From Octopus vulgaris (taxonomy: Eukaryota): DNA of 64,000 bases. Made by a program: the position numbers and the translations under genes. A model generated the notes under the pieces. That model was not told the DNA's origin and did not search any database. It saw only the letters and a program-made list of their open reading frames with translations. The DNA lies in contig OX597815.1 of the NCBI GenBank assembly GCA_951406725.2, forward strand, positions 44,516,001 through 44,580,000, written 5' to 3'. Of the stretch, positions 40,145-53,544 are shown one piece after another. Numbering within the stretch: position 1 is the first letter of the stretch; the number at the start of each line of letters is the position of its first letter.

Positions 40145-41363
40145 CGAGGGGCGTTCAATAAGTAATGCCCCTGACCCACTTCCCATAGCAGTAGAGCAAC
40201 GACACTTGACACAGTTATTAGTCTTTTCCTACATAGGAACTACCCAGAGTTATGCATTTCTCCCATCGTTTGATACAGCTCTGGGGACCGTTTTTGTAGA
40301 AGACCCCAGTTTGGTCCTCCAACCACGACGTGACTTCAGAAATCAAGGCTGCATCATCTGGGAAACGCTTTCCTTTCAAAATCAACTTCATGGCTGGGAA
40401 GAGGTGAAAATCAGAGGGTGCAAGGGGAGGAGTTCATAGCTGCACGCCTGTGCTTCTGATCTGGCAACACGCGAGTTGTGGACCGGAGCGTTGTCCTGCA
40501 GGAGGGGGATGCCTTTGCTGATCTTGCCCCGCCTCTTGATTTTGATAGCTTCTCTTAATTTCCTCAAAAGTGAAGCATAATAGGCTCCTGTAATTGTGGT
40601 ACCCTTTGCCAGGAAATCTGTCATCACTACTCCGTCCTGGTCCCAGAAGACTGTGAGCATAACCTTGTCAGCGGAGGGCTGCACCCTTGCCTTCTTTGGA
40701 GGAGGTGAGTCACGGTGCTTTCACTGCATTGACTGGGCTTTGGTCTATGGATCATAGTGATGGACCCAGGTTTTATCCTGTGTGATCAGTCTTTTGAAAA
40801 ATTTTGACTCAACTTCTTGGCACATCTCCAAATTCATCCTCGAGCACTCAACGCGTTCTTGCTTCTGGAAAGGTGTGAGCAACCTGGAAATCCATCTGGC
40901 AGACACCTTTTGCATATGCAAATGGTCATGAATGATAGTTTCCACAGACCCGGTACTAATCTTGACCGCATGGGCTATTTGGCGAATAGTTATGCGTTGA
41001 CCTTCCAAAATGGCAGCCTCATCTTGACGGACAGACGTCTCATCAACGGCAGAAGGGGGCGACCAGATCTGGGAGCTGTTTCCACAGAGTTCCGACTATG
41101 TTTGAATTCACAATGCCAGCGTTTTACAAGGTCATATGATAGGGCATCATCACCATAAGTTACTTTCATTTCATCAAAAGTCTCCCGTGGTGTGCGTCCT
41201 TTCAAATACAAAAGCCAGATCACTGCTCGACACTCAACAGGTTCCATTTCACACTTGACTCAGTTCAAACACCTGTAAATCAGAAACCACAATTAGTGCA
41301 AAATTTCAGCTAGATCAAACAACTGCAAGTGGGTCAGGGGCATTACTTATTGAACGCCCCTCG
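40145..41363 (-). mobile_element. Mariner element with perfect 37-bp TIRs and TA TSD
   Basis: TA|cgaggggcgttcaataagtaatgcccctgacccactt at both ends (inverted). Confidence 0.96.
40217..41247 (-). pseudogene. Mariner DD34D transposase pseudogene
   Basis: MEPVECRAVI...APRSGRP; SARWISRLLT; LITQDKTWVHHYDP; KVMLTVFWD; LLQDNAPVH; frameshifts and loss of the YSPDL region. Confidence 0.94.
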
Positions 41364-42361
41364 TATATAGTACAAAAAATAATTGGGTTAATTTGGAAAA
41401 ATGTAGATTCTTGAGAATGGAAAGAGAATTCAGATGAAGATACTTTTATTTCTGAAAGGTGCTAATGTAAATGAAGGTGCATCTCTTAACTTTTTCAAAT
41501 ATATTTGATAAGTTAGCTTCTGATAAACGGAAGAATGGTGAGAAGCAGATATCACAGATGAAGAACCAAAGAATGAATGAAACGGACCAGTAAAATTTTT
41601 CATTTTAGTAAAGGATTTTAAGGATATTTGAATTTACTTTTGCTACCAAGACAGGAAGATCGTGGTGGAGAAATTCAAAAGAAGTTTTTCCGTTTGAGAA
41701 AGTTTTCTTTGAAATGTTGCAGAGCCCGAATTTCCTCTATTGAAACTGAAAGCGTTTTCAGCACAGGAAGTAACATATATGAACATGCAAGAAATCATTT
41801 ATGCTCTAAAAATGGAGGAATTTTTTTAATGATTTTACATTATGAGTAGAGAGTTCTGAAATTTGATTTCAATTTATATATTTTCTTTAAAATGGTTAAG
41901 CTAACAGGAATCGCAACTGGGAAATTCTTAATACTTCTAAGTAAACAAATCTAATCGGAATTTTTATAATTTTTAAATTAATTTCTTTTCAAAAGATTAG
42001 TTAAACACATATCCTCTCAGGAGGGTAGGAGAATATCACTGCTACTTTAATACCCATTTATTGATGGGAAATAAAGACCCGGGGCTGTCCCAAGTAATTT
42101 CCAGTCGTGTAGAGCAGCATGCTCAAGCACTGGGAATAAGGGTTAGATTACACTGAGGGGCTTTAAAAAAATAACGTGTTTTATATGTATTGCAACATGC
42201 TAAATCCGCCATGCTTTCTGAACATTTTGTCAGCCATGGTCCTCATGCTTCAGTATACATGTTATCGATTACGATAAAAGACAACAATAACCGATTATCA
42301 AAACCGATTAATCAACCAATCAAAATACCGATGCCGATTTATCAGCAAAATGGTTGTTAAC

Positions 42362-42518
42362 AGGTGCAGTCCTGTAGTTAGTAGCTTGCTTACCAACCAC
42401 ATGGTTCTGGGTTCAGTCCCACTGTGTGGCCCCTTGGCCAAGTGTCTTCTACTATAGCCACGGGCCGACCAAAGCCTTGTGAGGGGATTTGGTAGACGGA
42501 AACTGAAAGAAGCCCGTC

Positions 42519-42566
<48 letters not shown>

Positions 42567-42795
42567 GTGTGTGTGTGTGTGAATGTGTGTGTGTGAATGT
42601 GTCTATGCTTGTGTGTCTGTGTTTGTTCCCCAACATCGCTTGACAACCGATGCTGGTGTGTTTACATCCCCGTAACTTCGCGGTTGGGCAAAAAGACCGA
42701 TACAATAGGTACTGGGCTTACAAAGAATAAGTCCTGGGGTCGATTTGCTCGACTAAAGGCAGTGCTCCAGCATGGCTGAAGTCCAAATAAAAGAA
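42362..42795 (+). mobile_element. SINE family B, full length
   Basis: Matches 59671-60068; internal (TA)n(TG)n. Confidence 0.9.
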
Positions 42796-42827
<32 letters not shown>

Positions 42828-42942
42828 GTATATACCTCAATGTTCTTAAAACACAAATCAACATATTTGTCTATATATCTACCTTCTCTATAATGTTATC
42901 AATTAATATGAAAATTATGTATTAATGGGAAACCTCTATTAA

Positions 42943-43026
42943 TGGCTGATGATTGCTCAACATTTTAAAACTGTTGTAATATTTACAATATTTAATAAAA
43001 TGATGTAGCGTGAAACGATCGTACCA
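42943..43026 (+). ncRNA. Hammerhead ribozyme, paralog of 3616-3701 (stem II base degenerate)
   Basis: tgg-CTGATGA-ttgct...agcgt-GAAAC-gatc-GTA^cca, within family copy 42835-43135 flanked by TA tracts. Confidence 0.72.
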
Positions 43027-43194
43027 AATGACTGGAGATATTCTTGTTATAATCACCCCATGGATTTATATGGATAACACCATACAAAGTTCTGGTGCAT
43101 CTAACTTAAGTACCATATTCATCTGAATCTAAATTTTGCTGAACTTTATATATATAACGAGGCAAAATGGATTTTTCATTTTAGGTATGGCAAG

Positions 43195-43247
43195 ACCTGC
43201 TGACGAGAATTAAGGCACTAACCAGAATTCGAAATAATGATCCAGGT
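43195..43247 (+). ncRNA. Type I hammerhead ribozyme, separate family
   Basis: acctg-CTGACGA-gaatt-(14-nt loop)-aattc-GAAAT-aatg-ATC^caggt; 5-bp stems I and II; starts ~40 bp after a (TA) run. Confidence 0.85.
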
Positions 43248-43507
43248 ATATCTGTGACCTCACTCTACACCTTTTTAGCTGAGGTAGTATGTTAAATTTT
43301 GCTCGCCTGCCCGATTTCTGTTTGTTGCGTATTTTCAGTGAGATTAGTTGATAAGTTGAAGATTTTCACTCTCCTTTCTAGCAAGATGCTGCTTTGTATA
43401 TCCTCTATTATAATTATGAATTTATTTTATAGCTATTTAATACTAATATTGCTTGCTATCATTAATATTATTGTTGCTGCTATTATCAATTAGTTACATT
43501 TACCACT

Positions 43508-43572
<65 letters not shown>

Positions 43573-43584
43573 TAATAATAATAA

Positions 43585-43908
43585 TCTCCAATCACGAGCA
43601 GAGGTAGTGGGGGAGCATCATAGCCATGTGTTGAGAGGGATTCTTTGGGGATTGAATAATTCACCTCTGGAAACATGGATGGTTCTTTCAACATCCTTAA
43701 ACAACCCTTATTCAGGGACCTTTTGAGCGGGATGAGCTACGCAACCTGAAGAAAATTCTAACTGGGCCCCACCTGCAAGGTCATGTGCTGTTTATCTTTT
43801 TATGAGATCACCATGTCGCGCACATATGGTTGTGATGCATGTGCCTGGTGTACCCTTATCAGACGGGTAGTCATAATGGGTATATTGGGCTGAACTGCTC
43901 TCTCACTC
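43585..43908 (+). mobile_element. Truncated copy of the (TAA)n-associated element
   Basis: Reverse complement of 34750-35110 with one deletion; (TAA)n on both sides. Confidence 0.85.
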
Positions 43909-43944
<36 letters not shown>

Positions 43945-44892
43945 TAATAATAATAATAATAATAACACGTATTGAGAAGAGCATTGTCGATGTGAGAACT
44001 ATTACTACACATGTATTTTAATTTAACTTTATTTCTATAAAAAAAAAATGAACGAACTAGTGAGTTTAGTTTAATGGCCTACCAATGTATACTATGAGTT
44101 TCTTTGCCTTAGGAGTCGGGAAGACACTCGGCAAGAAATGGAAGCAAATTTGAAAGAAGAAGAAAAACCCATAAATAATAATAATAATAATGATAATAAT
44201 AATAATAATATCTTTACGAATATAGGAAGACCATTACTGACAATTGCCCATGCAAAATGCCAGCAATGCCCGTTAACTCACCAGCGGTCGGCTTCACTCG
44301 GGTTCGTGTTCGCGGCTTCCATGCAACTGCGGCGCCCTCCTGCTTGACGGGGCTTCGGACAGTCGCCTCCCCGGCGATTGCACAGACCCTGTTCACCCGT
44401 TGAAATAATCAAGAGACAGACCGGGGCAACATACTCAGTGATAATATGGGCCGCAGGCTTGGCAATGTGAGAGCGCTATGATTTCATGAACAAACAAAGG
44501 ATCACCCAAATGATCACTCCCATCCCTGCATATCTGGTTTTATATCCGTGTGACATTCTGCCAGAGAATGCTTTTAAGAAATTTAAGAGCTACCCCACTC
44601 CCAGTGGTCTTCCAGCACGCTGGGTACCAACCCGGAATTTCTGAGGACCTATGATACTGCTAGAAAGTTGTTAAATCTACACTAGGTTTATCCGACCTTT
44701 TGATTGGTCTTGTTTTTTGTCTTGGGTTTCTAGGCAAGCTTAGTGGGGGCGCCGGTTTAGTTGACCACGATCCAACCATGCAACAGGTTGAACTGGTTTC
44801 CACGTTACCAGACGGACTCGTGAGTGACCACACATGTGAACTTACACTACACACACACGCACACATTTATGTATGTATATAATATATATTCT

Positions 44893-45121
44893 TTTATTCC
44901 TTAATTTGTTTCAGTCATTTGACTGCGACCGTGGTGGAGCACTGCCTTTAGTCGAACAAATCGACCCCAGGACTTATTATTTGTAAGCCTAGTACTTATT
45001 TTATCGGTCCCTTTAGCTGAACCGCTTAGCTACAGGGACGTAAACACACCAGCATCGGTTGTCAAACGATGTTGGGGGACAAACACAGACACACAAACAT
45101 ATACACACACACATATATATA

Positions 45122-45160
<39 letters not shown>

Positions 45161-45189
45161 GTAAATATATATATATATATATGTATATG

Positions 45190-45254
<65 letters not shown>

Positions 45255-45389
45255 GACGAGCTTCTTTCAGTTTCCGTCTACCAAATCCACTCACAAGGCT
45301 TTGCTAGACCCGAGGCAGAAGACACTTGCCTAAAGTGCCACGCAGTGGGACTGAACCTGGAACTATATAGTTGGTAAGTAAGCTACTTT
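44893..45389 (-). mobile_element. SINE family B (3' portion; head displaced to 47670-47712)
   Basis: Stops at aagctactt and resumes at caagctacttaccacacagccactcctgcgcc. Confidence 0.88.
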
Positions 45390-47670
45390 ATTTCAAAAAT
45401 GTTGCCGTAAAGGCATGATACAGTGTAGCTTGCGGGCTGGACAAAGACATTGATGAGGTAAATAATGAAAAGGATGATATTAATGGGAGAAGACAAAAAA
45501 CGCCCGCCGATTTTTTGCTTCTCTAAAACATTATTCTCTTGTTTTTTCACGGAAAAAGACAAAACGAGGTAATGAACCTCTTACTTCAGTTTTACAATTT
45601 CTGGACTAATAGTCCATTTAAGAATTGGGCGTTAAGCCTCTTAAACACAATACCATGCAATAAACATTAAACATTATACAACAAGCATTATAACACTGAG
45701 GCTTTTCAATCTCTAGTCACTATTCCTCCCGACATCGCTTGTGCCAGTATACTCCGCCATTCCCTACGCCTCATTCAAGACCAAGGCGGGATCCGAGCCG
45801 GCGTCGCCCGACCACAAGCGATATTCTTCATTGAGTCCCTGCAGCCTATATCTCACAGACAACGTTATGACCTTCATAGCTGTCTGCGGAGGCCATTCCG
45901 GATCCTGTGTGAAGGTTAAAGGTACTCCCTTATGGTGCTTTCCACCACCCCTCGTACCTCTCCGCCTCTGTAGAAGAAGACCAATAGTTCCTCTTCCTCC
46001 GGGTTCGAGGTAGTCAATTCTACCGTTGGCGGCACAATTTCCTCCAACAGTGTTCCTTTCCCTGCCGGTGGCACAATCCCTACCGCCAAGGTTCGAGGAC
46101 ATTCCGGTGCTATGTCACCGACTGCCGACAATGTACCGCTTCTCTTCCTCTTCCTTCTCTCAACTGAGGGAGGGTGCGCCTCCTCCGTGACCAGGAGATT
46201 CGCCTCCCATCCCTCTTCCCTAGGATCCTTCGGTGAGCATCCATTGTTGCTCACCTTCTTCCTCTTGCGGCCCTTCTTTCAGGAGTCATCCGTCTCCTCG
46301 GCCGCCTTCGTTCCTTCTTCTACAGAGGTCTCAATCAACTGCTCCAGGACTTTACTTTGTTCATGAGGACAGTTTTTCTTTATATGGCCTGGCTCCAGGC
46401 ACCAATGACACCTGGGGAGGCGACCCTAAAAAAATCACCGGGTACCTGCACCCGGCCATTTAAAAAAAAATCTGGCATAACCAGATTCATGGCTGATTGG
46501 GTCCACAGGGTCAAAACAGCTTTTGACCCAACCCAGTCAGCCACAGGAAGGATTTTCACATAGAGGAATCTTCCACTCAGACCCCGACGGATAGTATCGT
46601 CTATCCACTGGAGTTCAATTCCGGGTGGCAAACCACTGACCCAAGCCCTCGTCAATTTTTTCCCACAATAAGTGGGAAGAAACAAAATTTCTTTACCCTC
46701 AACAGGCTGGCTCGCAAAACTGCGAGCGTCCTCTGGGGCGTCCAACAGCAATCACATCGTTGCATATTTGACATCCCTAGAGATATACTTAATGGTTGGC
46801 AGATGTTCCGCCAACTCCTGCTCAATCATCTGCTTGGAGAAGACGGCAATGGTGTCGAGAATCTTTGAATATGTTCTCAACACCACCGTCCTCTCCTCTT
46901 GCTGTCTGAGACAATCTCCCACTCTACAATCTTATCCGTATTTTTGCCATGTTTTAAATTAAAAAGTAAAAAGTCCAAAACAATAGTTCAAAAATTTTTA
47001 AAAGAAAAGAGAGAAATCAAAAGGAAACAAAAGGGAAGAAAAAAAGCAAACAGTTCAATAAAAAGTCACAACAAAAGAAAACAACAGTTCAAAAAAACAC
47101 AGCAAAAAAATCTTCTGGGATCTAGGTACTCCAAGCCCTATGGTACTCCGATTAGAACCTGGACTGCTCCACTTGAAATACAGCTTTCCAATTATTGGTA
47201 AACGTAGTTGTAAAAATACACTCTATTTACAAACAGCGAGCAACTTCTGGTGACAGGATACGTCACCAAACTATACTTCTCATAATGAGAAAAAAATGTT
47301 CACTTCATGTGAATACTTGAAATAAGCTTTCCAATAAATGGTAAATGTTGTTGTAAAAACATACACTATTAAAAAGTGAAGAACTTTTGGTTGAAGGATA
47401 CGCCCCCAAACTGTACTTCTCACAATGAGAAAATAATTTTTCACTTAATGTGAACAATATTGCTGAACTACAAGCAGACCAACATCCTGAATCCAGTAAG
47501 GACTCCATGTTTGTAAAGAATATAACCACAGACAACAACCCCCACTGGATCCAAGAGACAAAAGTCTTACCTTGCAGCAGCTTCTTTTGGCAGGCTAAAC
47601 ACTGCCGGCTATCTACTTCAGTGCACAACACAATGACGCATGCGTACACTGACAACAGAGCCTCATGGGA
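45389..47670 (-). mobile_element. Internally deleted Tx1/L1-like LINE (5'UTR, ORF1 remnant, short 3' end)
   Basis: ORF1-like RTVVLRTYS...LFLPTYCGKKLTRAWVSGLPPGI followed by a basic/acidic low-complexity region; aataaa at 3' end; approximate TSD ggtaaNNaagctactt. No RT visible. Confidence 0.6.
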
Positions 47671-47710
47671 AGTAGGTAATCAAGCTACTTACCACACAGC
47701 CACTCCTGCG

Positions 47711-47748
<38 letters not shown>

Positions 47749-48459
47749 TATATATGTAAAGGTTATCGACATGCTTAACTGAATTTTGCTAAAGTTATGT
47801 AATAAGAGGCGCTTGTATCAGAGTAATACATTAAGTATCTAGTTTTCACACTTTCAGAAAAGAAAACCCCCGAAAACCAGACAAAGTGTCGTCTTAATTC
47901 TAAGTTGTTAGATCTATTGTAAACTGCTAGGACAACTTAAAGCTTCATTGTTATACATATATACTAGTTATACACATATACTAGTGGAGAGATTAAAAAG
48001 GCTTAGTGTTTAAAAAAATAGCCGCATTGTCCTTTCTCCATTGCAAACGTGAACTAGTCAAGTTTTAACGGGGATTGGACTACTCTAAATGCATTTAATG
48101 GACAGTTATCCGAGAACTTAGACTGAATGTATGAAATGATGTTTTGTCTCTTTTTCGGGAGAGGTCTGATTCTTGCCTACTTCTTATCGTTGTATTTATT
48201 TTCATAACATAAGTGTTTTTTCGAGTGACCGAGTTTATTCTTATTTCTGTATAGCGGAATTATTCTCCTAGTATCAACTAAAGCCAAGATATCGAGCAGA
48301 ATTATTTGTTTCTCTAGTTATTTATTCGATTCTATCAGTTTAGTATCTACTAAGTTTCAAAAGTAAGAGATAAGGTGGAGATGGTCAAACAGGCGACAGT
48401 TCGCTAGTATATTCTTAGAAGTGTCATTAATAGGAAGAACAGAAATACTCTTTAAATTT

Positions 48460-48673
48460 TTACTTGTTTCAATCATTAAATTGCGGTCATGCTGGGGCAT
48501 CGCCTCCTCAAAGTAAATTTAGTCGAATGAATCAACCCTGGGACTTGCATTTTGTTAAGGCTGGTATTTATTCTATGGGTCCCTTTTACCAAACCCTTAA
48601 GTTGCGGGGACGTAAGCACACCAACACCAGTTGTCAAGTGGTGGTGGGGGACAAACATACACACACACACACG

Positions 48674-48743
<70 letters not shown>

Positions 48744-48858
48744 CAAGGGGCTTCTTTTCAGTTTCCGTCAACCAAATCCACCCAAAGGTGACAGGCAGTG
48801 GGACTGAACCTAGAACCATGTGGTTGGGAAGCAAGCTTCTTATCACACACTCACGCCT
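48460..48858 (-). mobile_element. SINE family B with internal deletion
   Basis: Similarity to 59671-60068; internal (CA)n(TA)n. Confidence 0.85.
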
Positions 48859-49255
48859 AGAGGAAATCGAGATATAGATAAAATTTGAAAAGACTACGGT
48901 GAGTAAATAAAGGCACAGCAGAAAATATCGGATCGTCACTGGAATTAAGGCTCAGTATTATTAGATTACTTACAACTGAAATTAAATACATTCTTTGTCA
49001 GACAAAAAAGTACATAATCAGTTGTTGACGAGTAAATTGTGGCAGAAACTGGAAGTGACGACACACACACACACACTCACATATATATATATGTATATAT
49101 AAATACACGCACACACGACATTTTTAGTTTCCGTCCACCAAATCCACTCACAAGGCTTTAGTCGACTCGACACTATAGTAGAAGACACTTGCCCAATGTG
49201 CCACAGAATCACGTGGCTAGGAAACAAGCTTCTTACTACGCAGCTACGCCTGCGC

Positions 49256-49295
<40 letters not shown>

Positions 49296-51834
49296 AAGTT
49301 TGGTACAAGTTATAAAAGTATAAATTTTCGCGTTTAGAAATAAAAGACAGAAATTTTGATTTCTTAGGCTAATATAATTTCGGGTTAAACAGAATTGCAT
49401 TTTCTTTGTTCTTTTTTGTTTCTTGAATTTTTGAATTTTTTGTGTGGAATGAAAAAAATTTTTGTGCCGGCCTCCATTGAACCTTGCGCTGACAAAGAAA
49501 CAAATAGGATTTTCAGGAAATGACTAAATGCGTAGATTGGAGATTCTGCTTTGATGGAAGGAGAGTGGTGCAAGCAGACTTAGCCATTGTGTTGCATGTG
49601 TTGACATGTAAGTACATGCGTTTTTGTGTGTCAGAACCCTGCGTGTATTTGTTTGCTTTCGGTGGAATTTAAGATGACATATTTCACATTCCATAAGAAA
49701 TTTTTAGCCTTGTATATTTATTCTATAGAAGAGGAACATTGCCATCCAGTAATAAGTTTGAAATAACGTATCATATTATCAGGGTGTTGGTGGTGGACCG
49801 AGCTTTCTTTAAGTTCCAAGTTTTTTTTATCTATAAAAACATTTTACCTTTTGGAAGTAGTTGTCACGAGAAAAAGGTTTGGGGAAGTCATAATCTAGGT
49901 ATTTTTCCTCTTTTGACATTACAGATTATTTTTCTTCCTTTTCTAATCTTTTTTCTCTTTTATTTTTTTGTTATTTAAGTAACTTAAGTGGTCTCATGTG
50001 AATTTGTCTCGGCGAGAATGTGCCCAAAGAATCTAAACACGCTTGCTTTCAAATGACAACTCTCCTAAGGGAAAACAAGGAATTTTGCGATTTATTTTCT
50101 TCGGTAGAAAATAATATCTTTTCAATTATGGATCTTTGTATGCTTGAATATTACCAATAATTTCGTGAAGAATGTTAAGAATTCACAGAATTAGGGTGAT
50201 ATACATTTCAATCATTATAGCAAAGTGCATGTGAAAGTATTTTCGAAAGAAACCTGAGTTTTGATACAAATTATTTAAATTAAACAAATATTCCTTAAAC
50301 GGATTTTAAACTTGATTCAATTTTTTTTTCTTCTATTTTCCTTGTCGTAGTCTTTTATTTACCATTCTAGAGAAAGGTAGCCAGCTGGCAGAAACGTTAG
50401 CGAGTAGGACAAAAACTCTTTAACCGCATTTCTTTCGGCTCTTTATGTTGTGAGTTCAAAATTCGGCTGAGATCAACTTTACCTGTCAAATACTGAGTAA
50501 ATTTTATCGACTAAACACCTTCACCACAAAATTACTTAGCCACCTCCACATTAATTCTGTAACAGGTAATTCCGCTGATCAAACGACTGAGTCCTCATCA
50601 TCGAAAGACATAGAGCCATCACCATTATAATAAAAAAAAAAGGTGAATGGGGCAAAGTGTAATGCACCGAACAAGATTACTTAGTATAGATTCTCGTATA
50701 TACGTGATACCTTTTTTCATTCGAAGATATTGATATTATTTAACATTTATTGTAGTGCATACATCGCTCATTTTCCCATAAAATACAGCCTAAAACCCAA
50801 CATACTGCTCATCAACTAACCATACAAAATAGATGGTACATTCTTAATAGCAGTCTATAGAAGAGTGAATTTGTTGTTTAACTTTATATTGTAAGCAGCA
50901 AACTTCAATCATTAGTTTTTCAGTCAATAATTGAAATATTGATAACATCTTCATTACAGGAAAATAAATTCTGAATCCCTTATTTACAAGGTAGGAAAGC
51001 AGTTTAAGTATTGTAACCGTGCCATCGTATTGCACCGCACGGAAATAATGCAGACCACTAACTATATACCGTTGATATGAATTTCGCTGTCCTTGATAAG
51101 CTTCTGAACACGGTCTTTCACACCAGAAAATATATTTGATATTCTGTATTTTCCAGCAATGAAGACAGCTCCAAGTTCGAGGCCTACATCGATTATGACA
51201 TGGAAATTTCGTAAAAAAAAATTGTCAGACGGTTTTCAGTACATTCATATACTTTTCTAAAATGGTTTGTCAACGACTTAGCAACGTGTAAATTGATCGC
51301 TATCAGTTGGTATTTATTTCTTTTACATGTACAGTTCGAAAACACGATAAGTTTAGTATAGATAACTCTCTTCTTGGGTTCAAATTATCCTGTCACAAAC
51401 TTTTGAGATTTATTTCAAGAAAACTAGTGTCCTCGATGCTGGGGAAATTGGTAATTAAAATACGAAGGAAATATTGTGTACACGGATAAACGGAGTGTCT
51501 TTTCTTATTTTGCTATTGCATGCGACGAAGTTCGACAAAAGGCGTTGTTACGTGAAATAAAATAAAATAAAATTATAAGAGACACAAGAGTTTATTGACG
51601 TGCATTTAATTAGTGAAATACTCACAAAGAATACGTAAGAATATATATAATTTATTAGATATATGATAGGGAGGAAACTATAAAATTTAGTTTTGACTAT
51701 TTTCCATGGAACTTTCACCCAAGTTTATACAAGTAGTTTTGATAAACACGGCCTGCAACCGATATATGAATGAAGAACTAAGTCAAATTATATATCTTAA
51801 ATGAGGATACCATTTATTAATGCACGAGTATATA

Positions 51835-52082
51835 TTAGGTTGGTGCATAATTATTGCGGCTTTTTTTCAACAAATTTTATTCAACAAAAACAATAACAAC
51901 ATGTAGCAAAAACATCTTTAAATGATTATTCCGGAGCATATTCACCATCTACTTCAATTACTACTTCCCATTTGCTTGGCAGTCGGTCGGAATAATCATT
52001 TAAAGATGTTTTGCTAAATATTGTTATTGTTTTGTTGGATAAAATTCATTGAAAAAAAGCTGCAGTAATTACACCAATCTAA
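51835..52082. mobile_element. Palindromic mariner MITE
   Basis: TA|ttaggttggtgcataattattgcggc ... gctgcagtaattacaccaatctaa|TA; ~95-bp inverted arms; centre encodes LPSKWEVVIEVDGEYAPE* on minus. Confidence 0.88.
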
Positions 52083-52185
52083 TACGACAGCTATGCCACC
52101 TTACGTGCTAAGTTCTTATCCCAGAGAGATGTCTTTCATCTTTCCCTTTCTGATAAAATAAGCACGAGAAATATATACTATAGAA

Positions 52186-52400
52186 GGTGGCGGGTTAGCA
52201 GAATCGTTAGCACATCTTGCACAATGGTTAGCGGTATTTCGTCAATCTTCAAATGTCCTGACTTCAAATTCTGCCGAGGTCGACTTTGCCTTTCGTCCTT
52301 TCGAGGTCGATAAAATAAGTACCAATTGAGTACTGGGGTTGATGTAATCGACTTACTCTCCCCCGAATTTGCTGGCCTCGTACCAAAATTTGAAGCAAAT
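52186..52400 (+). mobile_element. SINE family A, diverged
   Basis: gccgaggtcgactttgcctttcgtcctttcgaggtcgataaaataagtacc. Confidence 0.85.
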
Positions 52401-53465
52401 ATGCTATAATAGATTTAGCTGACTGCTGCACTAAAATGTTGCGGTTAGAAATATGTGTTAAGACGAGGATTAGTTAATAAAAATATTACTAAATACAATT
52501 GTGATCTAATTATATCCCTCCATTCCGGTTTTGAAAATACTGTTGAATAAACCGCGCAAAGTATTTTCCAACCACTTTGACATCATCGTAGCTGGTTTTC
52601 CATTGTCGAGCAAATAAAGAAACACAATCTTCCAAAAGCAGATCCGCAGTGATTGCTTGACCTACTAAAAAGGCCCATTATCGTTGGATAACGAAACCCT
52701 GGAAAGACTATACCCTCAAAAAAAAAAAGAATGAAAGAAAGAAGGAAAAAAGGAAAAGAAAGGAAGAAAAAGACACAGGATGATCATGGCTAGAATAATT
52801 TGTTCATAGTTCTGTTGACCTGGATCTAAGCAACAATAATCTGGCTATGTCTATTTTGTACAAACGATCTATGTTCTACCGAAGGCGCTAACTGCTTACC
52901 GCCGAACCCACTTCCCTAACCCACTCGTTACATTAATCTTTTCCGAACCGTTACTTCTACTGTGTATACATCTCAGCATTTGCACAATTCCTCTCAGCCG
53001 TGATTTCATCTTTAGGGACACCTTCATACAATCAAGTTTTCTTTTCAAAGGCGTTTTGGATGCTTTAAACGTACGTAATTATATCCTTCTATTTAGGAAA
53101 GACTGAAACGGCTATAGACTTTGCCACTCCTCCTCATCCTCCTCCCTCACCACATACACCACAAACGTTGTACATACGTTGTTGTGCATGACACACCTTT
53201 CGCGTCTTTGCTAAACGTCTAATCAGTCCTTTATCCCAGCTCTTATAAATTAAGAAACATAACGCCATAAAAAGTGTAAAGTCACATAAAGAAATATAAC
53301 GCCATTTTAAAATAATTCGGATGACATCTTCCACAATGATAACTTTCCTACAAAATACCCGCACCTAAAATACATATCAATGAAACCTTTATATAACTAT
53401 AATGACAAGAAAACTGAAAGTCGTGCTTCAGCAGACTTGTAGTTGAATCACTCGAATCAGCCTCA

Positions 53466-53544
<79 letters not shown>

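Larger units (their letters stand above)
39850..42360 (+). pseudogene. Old hAT transposase fossil interrupted by the mariner
   Basis: YNHSKQA...CWNSYHRAL, LLNTRFN (LDPRF-like), and dimerisation-domain-like FRLRKFSLKCCRARISSIETESVFSTGSNIYEHARNHL at 41628-41849; accgat subterminal repeats near 42290-42345. Confidence 0.7.

Noticed and set aside
47960-48410. Possible Helitron-like 3' end (gcgacagttcgctagt)
   Set aside because: Short hairpin only and no convincing 5' terminus.
51157-51210. Possible 54-nt exon (NEDSSKFEAYIDYDMEI)
   Set aside because: Weak donor (gtaaaa), no recognisable homology, no partner exons.
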